This document shows positions 29,701-37,251 of a stretch of 64,000 bases of DNA, piece by piece (positions within the stretch are counted from its first letter, which is position 1; every line of letters starts with the position of its first letter). Below the pieces are notes generated by a model that saw only the letters and a list, made by a program, of their open reading frames with translations, searched no databases and was not told where the DNA came from. The translations under genes and the position numbers were made by a program. This stretch comes from Bacteroidales bacterium. GTDB lineage: Bacteria > Bacteroidota > Bacteroidia > Bacteroidales > WCHB1-69. The DNA is taken from assembly GCA_017649855.1 (NCBI GenBank), contig JAGCGA010000032.1, positions 50,230 through 114,229 on the forward strand, read 5' to 3'.

Positions 29701-32700
29701 GCAATGACACCATCACGGGTCAGTTGGTTTCTACCTATACTGCTCCGCTGCTCGATCAATACACCTACACTGGTAGCTACACGCAGCCGTATGTGATCTT
29801 GCAACCTGAGCATCGTTTGAGCAACGTGACGCAATACTATTTCTATGCTAACGAGAATGATGCCACACCGATTCATACGACTACCACGGCTGCTCCGTAT
29901 TATACCACGCCTGCTCTGTATGACTCCGTGACCTATTGGGTGGCCGGAAAGACTCAGTCGAGCAACTGTACCACGAAGCGCAAACCGATTTACATCAATG
30001 TGTTCCGTCCGCAATATGACTTGATTACCAATGAGTTGGTGGCCCCGGTTTCCTATCAGTGTGGTCTTCCGAACAGTCCGCAGTTGCAGGTGAATGTGGG
30101 TAATACAGATACTACCTCTACCTCTGTGATCCCGGCCGGAACCTTCAACCTGACGGCCAACTTCACGGGTACCCATACGGCTACGGGCACCTCATCTGTC
30201 AACGTGCCTATCTCCTCGTTGCAAAATGCCACCATCACTTTTGCCAACGGTATCAACATTGGATCTGCCACTCAGAACAACTCTTATACCTATCATATTT
30301 ATAGTAATCCTGCAAGCTCTATGGGTGTGTATCGTTTGAATGATACCATCTCCGGACGCTTGTATATCCCTGCCAACCCGGTGGCTCCTCCGGCCTTGAC
30401 CTACACGGCCACGTATGGTATGCCTTATACCATCACCCCGAACAGCAATGTCTTGGATTACTATTATTTCTATCAGAACCAGAATGACAACACCCCGATA
30501 GGTCAAGGTAGTTCCTTCACGACCGATCCTGTTTACTCCTCTCCGATGGTATTATACTACAGCGGACGTATTGAGGATGATGACTTTGACACTTTGGTTC
30601 AAGTGGGTACGGGTACTTCCGGACAGTCGTATCCGTTCACCTTCACCAATGGTCACTCCTATGCCAAGGTTCTCTACTCCGCTTCTGAAGTAGGTCCTGC
30701 CGGCAGAATTGACACTTTGTTCTTCTCTGTGCAGACTGTCAACACCAGCGGTTCCTCCATCCCCGTGAAGATGTGGTTGAAGAACCATACGGATGATATG
30801 GATCAGATTGCCAATGCGGCCACCTCCATCAACTGGACCACCGAGACGAATGGTGCCACGTTGATCTTTGACGGTGAGTTGGAGTTTGCCACCCTCAACT
30901 GGTTCGCCATCCCTGTTCCTGGCGGTTTTGACTATAACGGAAAGGCCCTCTTCCTCTATGTGGAGCACAACTGTGGCGATGCCAGCTGTGTGACGAACAA
31001 TGGTATCAACCCGGTGCCGAAGTTCCACAACACCTCCATCCAGAAGAAAGTGCTCTACAAGGCTCAGAATACGGCCCTGACGGCTGCCTCTTCCTTCGCA
31101 TTGCAGAACAACCGCTGGAACACCCGCTTCAAGATGAGCTATACTTGTGAGTCTCCGAAGTCAACCATCACCATCAACACCAATGTTCCGCAACATGATG
31201 TGGGTGTGATCGCCATCAACACGCCGGTGACTCCGAGCAACACCTATACGGCCACCAATCCGGTACAAGTGGTAATCAAGAACTTCGGTTCTCAGGCTGC
31301 TTCAAACTTCCCGGTATCCTATCGCTTGGCCAACGGCACGCCTGTCAGCCAGAACTACACGAGTTCTTTGGCTGCCGGTGCCACCGCCACGGTGAACTTC
31401 ACCACCTCCTGCGATTTGAGTGCCATTTACTATGATACTCCTTTCCAGGCTTACACCGGCCTTACCAGCGATACCTATCATGGCAACGATACCACGACCA
31501 TCATGGTTCGCAAAGAGGATCCTTGTATCTCCCGTCCGTTGTCACTGGCTACTGGCGCCGACATTTCCAATGTGACCTTCGCTGGTATCAACAATGGTCC
31601 GGGTACGCCGTACACCAACTACACTCCTGCCGGTGACGGCCTCTATACTGACTATACCGGTACGGTTGCTGCTGGCGAGTTGGTGCAAGGACAGACCTAT
31701 CAGTTGGCTGTCACGCACTCCTTCACCGCTACGGCTACGGCTACGGTCTACAAGACGGTCTATGTGGACTACAACCGCAATGGAGTCTTCGAGACCAACG
31801 AGCAGATCTTCACTTCCGGTGCTGTGCCGGCGGGCCAAGCTAATGCCACCGCCAATGCTACCATTGTGGTGCCGACCACCACGGCCCTCGGTCTTACCCG
31901 CATGCGCGTTATCTGTGCTGCCGGCAACTATACCAGCGCTTGTGGTACCTATAACTACGCCGGTGAAACCGAAGACTATGCTATCCTCCTGTCTCCGCCA
32001 GTGACTACCGATATGGGTATTGTGAATTACATCCACCCGGTGGGCAATGTTTGTCAGGACAACAATGCAACTGTGCGCGTCAGAGTGAGAAACTATGGTT
32101 CACAAGCTCAGACGCTCTCCATCGACAATCCGTTGACCCTGACGGTGACGGTTACCGGTGCTGCCACAGGCACCTACACCACCAGCCTGACCTCAGGTAC
32201 TTACCAACCGTATCAGGATATTATCATGTCGATTGAAAATGTCAACTTGGGTGCTGCTGGAGATTATACCTTGAATGCCTCTATCGCTTATAGCGGCGAC
32301 CTCTATGTGTCCAACAACACCATGATTGGCAATGCCCATGTGGATGCTGGTGCTGCTGCTATCCCATATCTGGAGAACTTCGACTCCGGTACGGGTTCAG
32401 ATGGTGAGTACTTCTTTACGCCTGACTGGTCTGTGAATATGTCCGCTTCCAACTACAAGTGGGAAGTCTTCCAGGCTGCCAGCCCGAATGCCAACACCAA
32501 TGGCGGTCCTGCTCATGATCATACGCAGGCAGGTACCGTCTTTGAAGCCTTCGGTCGCTATGCATCCGTCCAAGGTGTCAGCGGTTCCAATAACGCTACC
32601 AAGTGGACCACCTTGACCTCTAAGTGTCTTAACCTGCACTATCAGAACGGCTATCCTGCTGAGCTCTCCTTCTACAAGTATTTCACAGGACCGAACAACT

Positions 32701-33557
32701 CTGACTTCCAGATGACGGTGGAGGTTGGCTCCGGTGGCAATTTCATTCCTTTGGATACCCTTACCAAAGCCGATGGCGAAACCGGCATTTGGTCCAGATA
32801 TGTCATCGCATTGACTGGTTACGATGAGGTGGGTCAGATCAGATTCAGAATGACTGGCCAAACCAACAAGATAGACCCGTCTATTGATGATGTTAATGTG
32901 ACCCCGGGTCTTCCGGATCTTGCTGTTGACAAGGTGGTTTATCCGTATGACTTCAACGATGCTGAGCATTCAGGCGAGTGTCTGTCCTTGACAGATACGG
33001 TACATCCTATTGTCCGTTTCTACAATAATGGTGACTCTCCGATCTCCGAGTTCGACGCTATGAGCGAGTTGGCCGTCGGTATCCTGAAAGATACGATTGT
33101 TGAGCATGTGGTGGCAACCATCATGCCGGGTGAGTATTATGACTACGAGTTTACACAGGGCTTTGTCATCCCGGAGAATGTTTACCACTGTCAGATTGCA
33201 GCCTTCGCGATTATTTACTTGGATAAAGATCTTACGAACAACACCAAGCGTGTGATTCCGTGTACTTCCTTGGATGTTCCGAATTACGAAGCTGAACAAG
33301 GTATCGTGCTGTATCAGAATATGCCGAACCCGGCCGAGAACCAGACTACCATCGTCTGCCTGCTTCCGGATTATGGCAAGGCAACCCTGCAGATCTACTC
33401 CGCTATGGGTCAGCTGCTCTACACCGATGCACAAGACGGCGTCTTCGGTCAGAACCAATTCGAAGTCAAGACTTCTGACTGGTCTGCAGGTGTGTACTAC
33501 TACACCTTGACATTCAAGAACGCTACGTTAACCAAGAAGATGGTTATTCAAAAATAA
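23718..33557 (+). CDS. giant T9SS-sorted cell-surface protein (3279 aa; adhesin-like, multi-domain)
   Basis: It starts with a signal peptide. A parallel beta-helix-like region lies at about 25170-26300. There are at least 8 CARDB-like module starts (D[LVM]A[VL]..i..P). Two ~200-aa paralogous modules are present (FVFTNGYSRGRIIYTADEIG / FTFTNGHSYAKVLYSASEVG). A GEVED-type motif YAGETEDYAI lies near 31962 and a MAM-like domain (GGPAHDHTQ) near 32360-32900. The C-terminal Por/T9SS sorting domain reads MPNPA...GVYYYTLTF. Confidence 0.9.
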   Translation: MKRILLTLVTLIAPFVIFAQIAQTSIVFEESFDQSTVQMTTTSNHDQTNGDWHKDNTLHVSGTSSFHTPVYPTSTNSSATTADIPLTDPTISNINHIYLEFDQICKVNNLDNATIYYAVAYGYNSDGDLNWSTWNQLVFTSTSPFYFGSGTYTGGKFNANCYSNWAANNNNTVPTNVWWHHEYFDLSSFIFQQGATHCKFQLRCNKISPSSSGTEVCAGWYIDNFKVILSNCELERPTIQLTAPIYVNKNNNMLNNIGPYTIHATLHDNDTLNLDSLYCKYKINSGAWTTCPNVINTNNLTASGHNVTAQWDFPTICYYDTIYYRIHVNDVHGSQAQLDTPMIAWHNQNNIQNNDCALDSTATFAPFPHCFITGDAQPVTLHFKNKSDATHSQSTGSPYQTALNVTLKVENENHVVTHTSSHSWTGSLCFDEPSTLSLGTFTPSHGYNYVTIYVNTRNGQVDGNHLNDTIRFRGYACDSLLHGDYTVGGTNPDFATMADVKAALTYCGVDGPTVFHFRPGTYQDFDFTENFIGQSATNTITFQGDNVNTVIITNNHTDAGTNLFGAVTLVNVNNFIFRNLTLQGKNNAVSRGVVIRGNGSTNITFDGCHITAYNTNSTANTSFAIGRSVAATTIPDTVTIQNCTITGGNYGVYYYGSNARKNVLNITGNTVRSCYRGIYTYYSTSTIANNHVSQVSMSSPQNFTGIYVDYVSGADINGNTIDSTYDVEYGIFFRYATLADFYIRNNHVKVGNSNFGIDIENSSSTTAITGYVYNNEVILYPVTAAASYAMQIKTSNLLKVINNSLYVKSDAPYSNTAALRIENNNNTYLDNNILINNVNCSDNTNYPLYLNANSTVTGAYNDFYSNSGIVGYKTVTRNTVAELENAVTTLTNSISEMPAIDNPTSSLLPTAFTGFECPRIAPVNADIRQLERSALTYMGAYAALIASVDASIVAMTNPALGSCPQNSYNVTVSIANKGAEALSFASHPATITIHSDSLNLHQTVTVNTGNIPVLGFLSQVVANNVNIPVNQMIDLTFIITTNGDNNHANDTLHTMFVMEAAIPDYEEVFSNGTQQTWTIEQLSGAGNWSFQEGTGVNPAIAPVYGTGRLFFNSKTFANATQSRAIMPVVQLANAVNPILEMWFAHDNVSNKTLEGVTVKISTDGGNTFTNLIPQGQTAALVKRYLNTATTPTWTLYTYDLSNYVSSGCVYIAFDAYSQAGNNINIDRIRLRSLFDNDLAVTNIYAQGETPAQLGMGNVISALVRNEGYQTQTNAKVYLTVTGATETYTDSLTIPSLASGAETLVTFPDHHYNVTEVKNVEVRSRNDQHNVNNAQNWRMVTTTNIANYADTSEVGLMTGDYNNVIRPCVRYKLAEPLCVTAVKYYYDNTYIANPSNGMRAFVSNAAGEIVATSALVDFESLQQGAWNIIPIENFALTNMSGEFYVGIEMLSNGDYLCSQIETPLRDSTFFYLANGVYTPQTFGRFMIGAQVDTPYVKDMALLEVLNPTTRCDLGHEHITVAITNNGFEDIPAGTIFHYTVNGLPTVTDTMQVALPSHATSEFAFPTIFDFTNQQVDIDSNYSIRVWVDRVTGDRLQFNDTIAVDIVSIGKSHTPIVQDTVNISYSTSGVLTAQLPSTIQTGEIGWYASTGYESWELLTYTNNFTTPVIYFDTTFYATANPGFIFDTIVGDGTLTGAQPFVFTNGYSRGRIIYTADEIGMHGPITSIGLYVTTASNATASAGIPIKLYMKTTDQNTFPTTANFNWNDDINGATLVYDGRIYFNQTGWFMIPLMHSFDFDADNLIVFTETNCADYCTGTGTQCNNCGAYVSGGASYPVFQMTTVPNGLVQHKNANTETMTGTYTNFARRLNMRFKIANLECGSEKIPVHIHVPDIPTYDVQTMELVSPTGGCAMAADEHIQVNVKNLLNTAIPANKVVVYATINGNTISHTVDEPFAPEELKTVTFTTPFNFTAPTANVTYNYTIYTNMPTETVVYRGNDTITGQLVSTYTAPLLDQYTYTGSYTQPYVILQPEHRLSNVTQYYFYANENDATPIHTTTTAAPYYTTPALYDSVTYWVAGKTQSSNCTTKRKPIYINVFRPQYDLITNELVAPVSYQCGLPNSPQLQVNVGNTDTTSTSVIPAGTFNLTANFTGTHTATGTSSVNVPISSLQNATITFANGINIGSATQNNSYTYHIYSNPASSMGVYRLNDTISGRLYIPANPVAPPALTYTATYGMPYTITPNSNVLDYYYFYQNQNDNTPIGQGSSFTTDPVYSSPMVLYYSGRIEDDDFDTLVQVGTGTSGQSYPFTFTNGHSYAKVLYSASEVGPAGRIDTLFFSVQTVNTSGSSIPVKMWLKNHTDDMDQIANAATSINWTTETNGATLIFDGELEFATLNWFAIPVPGGFDYNGKALFLYVEHNCGDASCVTNNGINPVPKFHNTSIQKKVLYKAQNTALTAASSFALQNNRWNTRFKMSYTCESPKSTITINTNVPQHDVGVIAINTPVTPSNTYTATNPVQVVIKNFGSQAASNFPVSYRLANGTPVSQNYTSSLAAGATATVNFTTSCDLSAIYYDTPFQAYTGLTSDTYHGNDTTTIMVRKEDPCISRPLSLATGADISNVTFAGINNGPGTPYTNYTPAGDGLYTDYTGTVAAGELVQGQTYQLAVTHSFTATATATVYKTVYVDYNRNGVFETNEQIFTSGAVPAGQANATANATIVVPTTTALGLTRMRVICAAGNYTSACGTYNYAGETEDYAILLSPPVTTDMGIVNYIHPVGNVCQDNNATVRVRVRNYGSQAQTLSIDNPLTLTVTVTGAATGTYTTSLTSGTYQPYQDIIMSIENVNLGAAGDYTLNASIAYSGDLYVSNNTMIGNAHVDAGAAAIPYLENFDSGTGSDGEYFFTPDWSVNMSASNYKWEVFQAASPNANTNGGPAHDHTQAGTVFEAFGRYASVQGVSGSNNATKWTTLTSKCLNLHYQNGYPAELSFYKYFTGPNNSDFQMTVEVGSGGNFIPLDTLTKADGETGIWSRYVIALTGYDEVGQIRFRMTGQTNKIDPSIDDVNVTPGLPDLAVDKVVYPYDFNDAEHSGECLSLTDTVHPIVRFYNNGDSPISEFDAMSELAVGILKDTIVEHVVATIMPGEYYDYEFTQGFVIPENVYHCQIAAFAIIYLDKDLTNNTKRVIPCTSLDVPNYEAEQGIVLYQNMPNPAENQTTIVCLLPDYGKATLQIYSAMGQLLYTDAQDGVFGQNQFEVKTSDWSAGVYYYTLTFKNATLTKKMVIQK

Positions 33558-33579
33558 TCCGTCTTTTTAACATAAGTAG

Positions 33580-33611
33580 GACTACCCGATTGAGGTCGGG
33601 TAGTCTTTTTT
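33580..33611 (+). terminator. intrinsic terminator after the giant gene
   Basis: GACTACCCGA-TTGAGG-TCGGGTAGTC perfect 10-bp stem followed by TTTTTT. Confidence 0.8.
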
Positions 33612-33628
33612 ATACCATAACCTATTAG

Positions 33629-34876
33629 ATGATGAAGATACTGAGATTGGCAATGATATGCCTGATGATTTTCGGTGCCGCGCAGGCGCAAGTGAGGCCG
33701 GGAGCGTGGCGTTTAGACCGTTACCTGCCCCTGCTGGAGGGCAAGCGTGTGGCGGTGTGTGGCAACCAGACCTCGTTGGTGGATACCTGCCGCTATGAAA
33801 CCCTTTCTGCCGACTCCAGCGTGCTCCGGATAGACTGCTCTTGTGGCTCCCTCCGCTCTGCAGAGTTGCCGCATTTGGTGGACGTCCTGTTGGCCAATAA
33901 GGTGCAAGTGGTCAAGATCTTCTGCCCGGAGCATGGCTTCCGGGGCAATGCCGAGGCGGGTGCCCATATCGCCTCTGGCGTTGACGAGCGCACTGGGCTT
34001 CCCATCATCTCCCTCTATGGCAACAACAAGAAGCCACAAGCATCCCAGCTGTCGGATGTGGATGTCTTCGTCTTCGATTTGCAGGATGTGGGCTGCCGCT
34101 TCTACACCTATATCTCCACCTTGCATTACGTGATGGAGGCTGCGGCCGAACATGGCGTGGAGGTCATCGTCCTGGATCGCCCCAACCCGAATGGCTATTT
34201 CGTGGACGGACCGGTGCTCCAGCCCCAGTGGCGCTCCTTTGTGGGCATGCACCCCGTGCCGGTGGTCTATGGCATGACGATAGGGGAGTACGCCTTCATG
34301 ATCAATGGGGAAGGATGGCTCTCCGAAGGCCGTAAGTGCGATTTGACGGTTGTCCCCATTAGCGGATATACCCATCAGACGCGCTATACGTTGCCCGTGC
34401 GGCCGTCGCCCAACCTGCCCAACGACGAGTCCATCTATCTCTATCCCTCCCTCTGTTTCTTTGAGGGTACTAACGTCAGCATTGGGCGGGGCACGGACTA
34501 TCCGTTCCAGCTCTATGGTTCCCCCTCGTTCACGAAGGGAGACTACACCTTCACCCCGAAGCCCATTAAGGGCGTTTCGGAGAATCCTCCCTGCAAGGGA
34601 CAGCTCTGCCGGGGCTATTTTCTCTATTCCTATGCCCATGACTCTCTGCAAGGCTCGAACAGCCTTAATTTGGAGTATTTGCTCAATGCCTACCGCTGCA
34701 CGCCTGACAAGAGCACCTTCTTCACCAATGCCGCCTTTTTTGACAAACTGGCTGGCACCGACCAACTGCGGAAGCAAATCATACAGGGTCTCACGGAAGA
34801 GCAGATCCGTGCCTCTTGGCAAGCCGACCTGGACCGCTTCAAGGAGGTCAGGGGGAGGTACTTGCTATATGAGTAG
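33629..34876 (+). CDS. DUF1343 family protein (exo-beta-N-acetylmuramidase NamZ-like)
   Basis: 415 aa with a signal peptide. Motifs seen: CGNQTS, CPEHGFRG and DLQDVGCRFYTYISTL, typical of DUF1343. Confidence 0.75.
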   Translation: MMKILRLAMICLMIFGAAQAQVRPGAWRLDRYLPLLEGKRVAVCGNQTSLVDTCRYETLSADSSVLRIDCSCGSLRSAELPHLVDVLLANKVQVVKIFCPEHGFRGNAEAGAHIASGVDERTGLPIISLYGNNKKPQASQLSDVDVFVFDLQDVGCRFYTYISTLHYVMEAAAEHGVEVIVLDRPNPNGYFVDGPVLQPQWRSFVGMHPVPVVYGMTIGEYAFMINGEGWLSEGRKCDLTVVPISGYTHQTRYTLPVRPSPNLPNDESIYLYPSLCFFEGTNVSIGRGTDYPFQLYGSPSFTKGDYTFTPKPIKGVSENPPCKGQLCRGYFLYSYAHDSLQGSNSLNLEYLLNAYRCTPDKSTFFTNAAFFDKLAGTDQLRKQIIQGLTEEQIRASWQADLDRFKEVRGRYLLYE

Positions 34877-34924
34877 TTAAACTTGTCAGTTAGGAGTTGT
34901 GGCAAATAGCGTCAATACTGAGGG

Positions 34925-34980
34925 TTAAGAAACTAAGAAATTAAGAAACTAAGAAATTAAGAAACTAAGAAGTTAAGAGA
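34925..34980. repeat. 7 x 8-bp tandem words (TTAAGAAA/CTAAGAAA)
   Basis: Read directly: ttaagaaa ctaagaaa ttaagaaa ctaagaaa ttaagaaa ctaagaag ttaagaga. The last unit forms an 8-bp stem, CTAAGAAG (34965-34972) with CTTCTTAG (34987-34994). Confidence 0.9.
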
Positions 34981-35048
34981 GTTTAGCTTCTTAGCTCCTT
35001 CATGGGTCACTCCAAAAGCCTTGGAACGAGAAATTGCGAGGTGATTGT

Positions 35049-35074
35049 CAAAGTCAAAGTTCAAAGTCAAAGTT
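35049..35074. repeat. CAAAGTY word tract (caaagtcaaagttcaaagtcaaagtt)
   Basis: Read directly. The same word string recurs at 43152, 55433, 55523 and 55606. Confidence 0.9.
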
Positions 35075-35087
35075 ATTTAGTTCGTCA

Positions 35088-35315
35088 TCAATCCTCCTCG
35101 TCAAAATCCTTTTTAGCCCAACACCAGAATGCTCCAAACAGTACGATGGGTACGATTAACCACCAGTCCTGAAGGATGTCAGACCAACTTTGAGGTCCCA
35201 TTCCTAGAAAGCTGAAATAGTGCGTGGGAAGGACGATGATGCAAAAACTAAGTACCAGCATTAGAAAGAGATACAACCACTTCTTTGTCTTTTTGCTCAT
35301 TTTTTTCTTTTTCAT
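35088..35315 (-). CDS. small predicted membrane protein
   Basis: I placed the start at MKKKKMSKKTKKW. It has two hydrophobic helices and an acidic tail. The upstream part of the 130-aa ORF covers repeat and palindrome DNA and was dropped. Confidence 0.4.
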   Translation of the reverse strand: MKKKKMSKKTKKWLYLFLMLVLSFCIIVLPTHYFSFLGMGPQSWSDILQDWWLIVPIVLFGAFWCWAKKDFDEED

Positions 35316-35344
35316 GCTCGATAGGTTCTTTGTCTTGGATGGGT

Positions 35345-35370
35345 TAGAGACGTTCCATGGAACGTCTCTA
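35345..35370. repeat. 26-bp perfect palindrome TAGAGACGTTCCATGGAACGTCTCTA
   Basis: Read directly. It lies between the C69 peptidase stop and the small membrane protein start. Confidence 0.9.
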
Positions 35371-35440
35371 CAGGGGGTCCCCGTTAATCGTCTTGCCGCT
35401 CGTTTTCTTTCAAACTGCGAGGATGCAGTCTGCTCCGTTT

Positions 35441-35473
35441 CGCTAACTCCCAACTGACAACTCTTAACTGCTC
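35441..35473. repeat. AGTTAR word tract with GGGAGTTAG head (minus sense)
   Basis: The minus-sense sequence is GAGCAGTTAAGAGTTGTCAGTTGGGAGTTAGCG, immediately 3' of the C69 peptidase stop. Confidence 0.8.
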
Positions 35474-37072
35474 TTACCACATTCCATCAAACACGGTCCA
35501 GAGGTGGTCGCCGAGTCTCCAGGCAGTCTCCACAGCGGTGTTGCCGCATTCGTTGGTGAACTTGGTGAGCAGTTTGATGGCTTCCGTTCTCTGTCCGTTT
35601 CTTAACAGCCGCAGCGCCTCGGTCTCCACCGCGTAGTGCTCTTGGATGAACTCTTTCTCCAGGGGCTCCCACGTCTGGTTGATGACCATGTGCATGTCAC
35701 CCCACCGTTGGCAGGCGATGGTGCCCACGCGGTTGAAGGCCCACCAGGCGGCCTCCTTGCTGAAGCCGGTCTCGCGGCCGTCGGTCTTGTAGGTCGATGG
35801 CAGGTCGGTGACGTTGGCATAGATGGGCACATGGATGGAGGATGCCACGTTGTCGAGAGCGAACCAGCACAAGGCGCCCACCTCATCGGGCAGGTCGGCG
35901 CGGCACTGGATGATGGTACCGTAGACGGTGAAGTGCACGGCGATGTTGCGCTCGCCCAGCTCGTTCCAGCCACCGTTGATCCTGTGGAGCTTCAGCTCGT
36001 CGCTCTTCATGAAGGGGTTAGCCATGGGCGAGATGACCTGTTTGCCATCCTTGTCGGCCACGGTCAGGGTCTTGCGCATATCGTAAGGAGTGCCTTCGTA
36101 GTAGTCTTTGAAGACGCTCATCATCTTCTCGATGGTCACCAAGGAGTCGGGTTTCACGGAGAAGGGGTAGTTCTCGGCGTTGGGGTCGAGGTGCAGGGAG
36201 GGGGCGAGGAGGTCGAAGACACGCCACTCTCTGCGGCGGCAGGCGATCATGGTACGGCTCTGCGGCGCGTAGGCGTAGGCAAAGCGGAAGGTCTCCTTGC
36301 CATCCCACCAGCCGTTCTCCTTGGCCAACGAATAGACATTGTCGGAGGCCATGAAGTAGTCCTTGTCTTTGAGGTTGATCTCGCGGATGGTGGAGGCGTT
36401 GGCGTTGACGGCCACGTGGTCGTCGGGCACGCGCTGGGCGGCCCACACGGCACCCACCTTGCCCTTGCCGGGCCCTAAGATCTCGAGATGCCAGACCTCG
36501 TTCTTGTCGGCGATGGTCAGGCACTCGCCGGCATCTATCCAGCCGTACTCTTTCAGCAGGACGCCTGCCGTGCGGATGGCCTCGCGCGCGGTGGTGCAGC
36601 GCTGCAACAACAGCATGCAGAGGCGCTGGCAGTCGATAAGGCCGCTGTCAGACTTCAGCTCTGCGCGTCCGCCGAAGGTCGATTCGCCGATGGCTAACTG
36701 ATGCTCGTTGACACACGGGTAGGCGGTGTTCAGGAACTGGTAGGTGTGCGCTGCCTGCGGGATGTTCCCCACGGGGATGTCGGCGTAACGGGCCATCTTG
36801 CCGGGCTCGTTGGGAGCCCACACACGCTTGTAGAGGGTCTGCCGCTCGCCCTGGCCATGGTCCTTGGCCGGCTCCACTAGGATGTTGGTGCGCGACCGGT
36901 GACTGTCGTCGGTGTGGGAGGTCATCACCGAACCGTCAGCTGAGGCCTTCTTGCCAATGGTGATACTGGTGCACTCCATGCCCTCCGTGATGGGGTCCAC
37001 AATCTGCGCCGACGACATGTAAATGCCGATGGCCATAAAAAAAACAATGATTAAAATCTTTTTCATATGCAT
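35474..37072 (-). CDS. C69 family dipeptidase (secreted)
   Basis: 532 aa with a signal peptide, followed by CTSITIGKKASADGSVMTSHTDD (N-terminal nucleophile Cys). Confidence 0.85.
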   Translation of the reverse strand: MHMKKILIIVFFMAIGIYMSSAQIVDPITEGMECTSITIGKKASADGSVMTSHTDDSHRSRTNILVEPAKDHGQGERQTLYKRVWAPNEPGKMARYADIPVGNIPQAAHTYQFLNTAYPCVNEHQLAIGESTFGGRAELKSDSGLIDCQRLCMLLLQRCTTAREAIRTAGVLLKEYGWIDAGECLTIADKNEVWHLEILGPGKGKVGAVWAAQRVPDDHVAVNANASTIREINLKDKDYFMASDNVYSLAKENGWWDGKETFRFAYAYAPQSRTMIACRRREWRVFDLLAPSLHLDPNAENYPFSVKPDSLVTIEKMMSVFKDYYEGTPYDMRKTLTVADKDGKQVISPMANPFMKSDELKLHRINGGWNELGERNIAVHFTVYGTIIQCRADLPDEVGALCWFALDNVASSIHVPIYANVTDLPSTYKTDGRETGFSKEAAWWAFNRVGTIACQRWGDMHMVINQTWEPLEKEFIQEHYAVETEALRLLRNGQRTEAIKLLTKFTNECGNTAVETAWRLGDHLWTVFDGMW

Positions 37073-37101
37073 AATATTTCAAATTTTCTACAGACATGAA
37101 A

Positions 37102-37214
37102 CCCCTACGGGGCTGCTCAAGGAATAACTATCATCTATTATCTATTAGCTATTATCTATCATCTGTTATTCTACCCAGCTCTTGCCCCTGCGGGGCTGCT
37201 CAAGGAATAACTAT
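37102..37214. repeat. two copies of a 30-bp module CCCCT(A/G)CGGGGCTGCTCAAGGAATAACTAT, 83 bp apart
   Basis: Copies at 37102-37131 and 37185-37214 match at 29 of 30 positions. Each carries a CCCC-N3-GGGG hairpin and is followed by a period-7/8 word tract. Confidence 0.9.
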
Positions 37215-37251
37215 TAACTATTAACTTTTAACTCTTAACTCTAACTCCCCC

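Noticed and set aside
24348-30176. Long antisense ORFs inside the giant gene (580 aa at 24348-26090, 594 aa at 28392-30176, and others)
   Set aside because: Their composition is low-complexity G/V/R/I/D/H-rich. They mirror a sense strand rich in ACC/AAC/GGT/GAC codons, whose complements contain no stops. The sense strand has a signal peptide, domain motifs and a T9SS tail.
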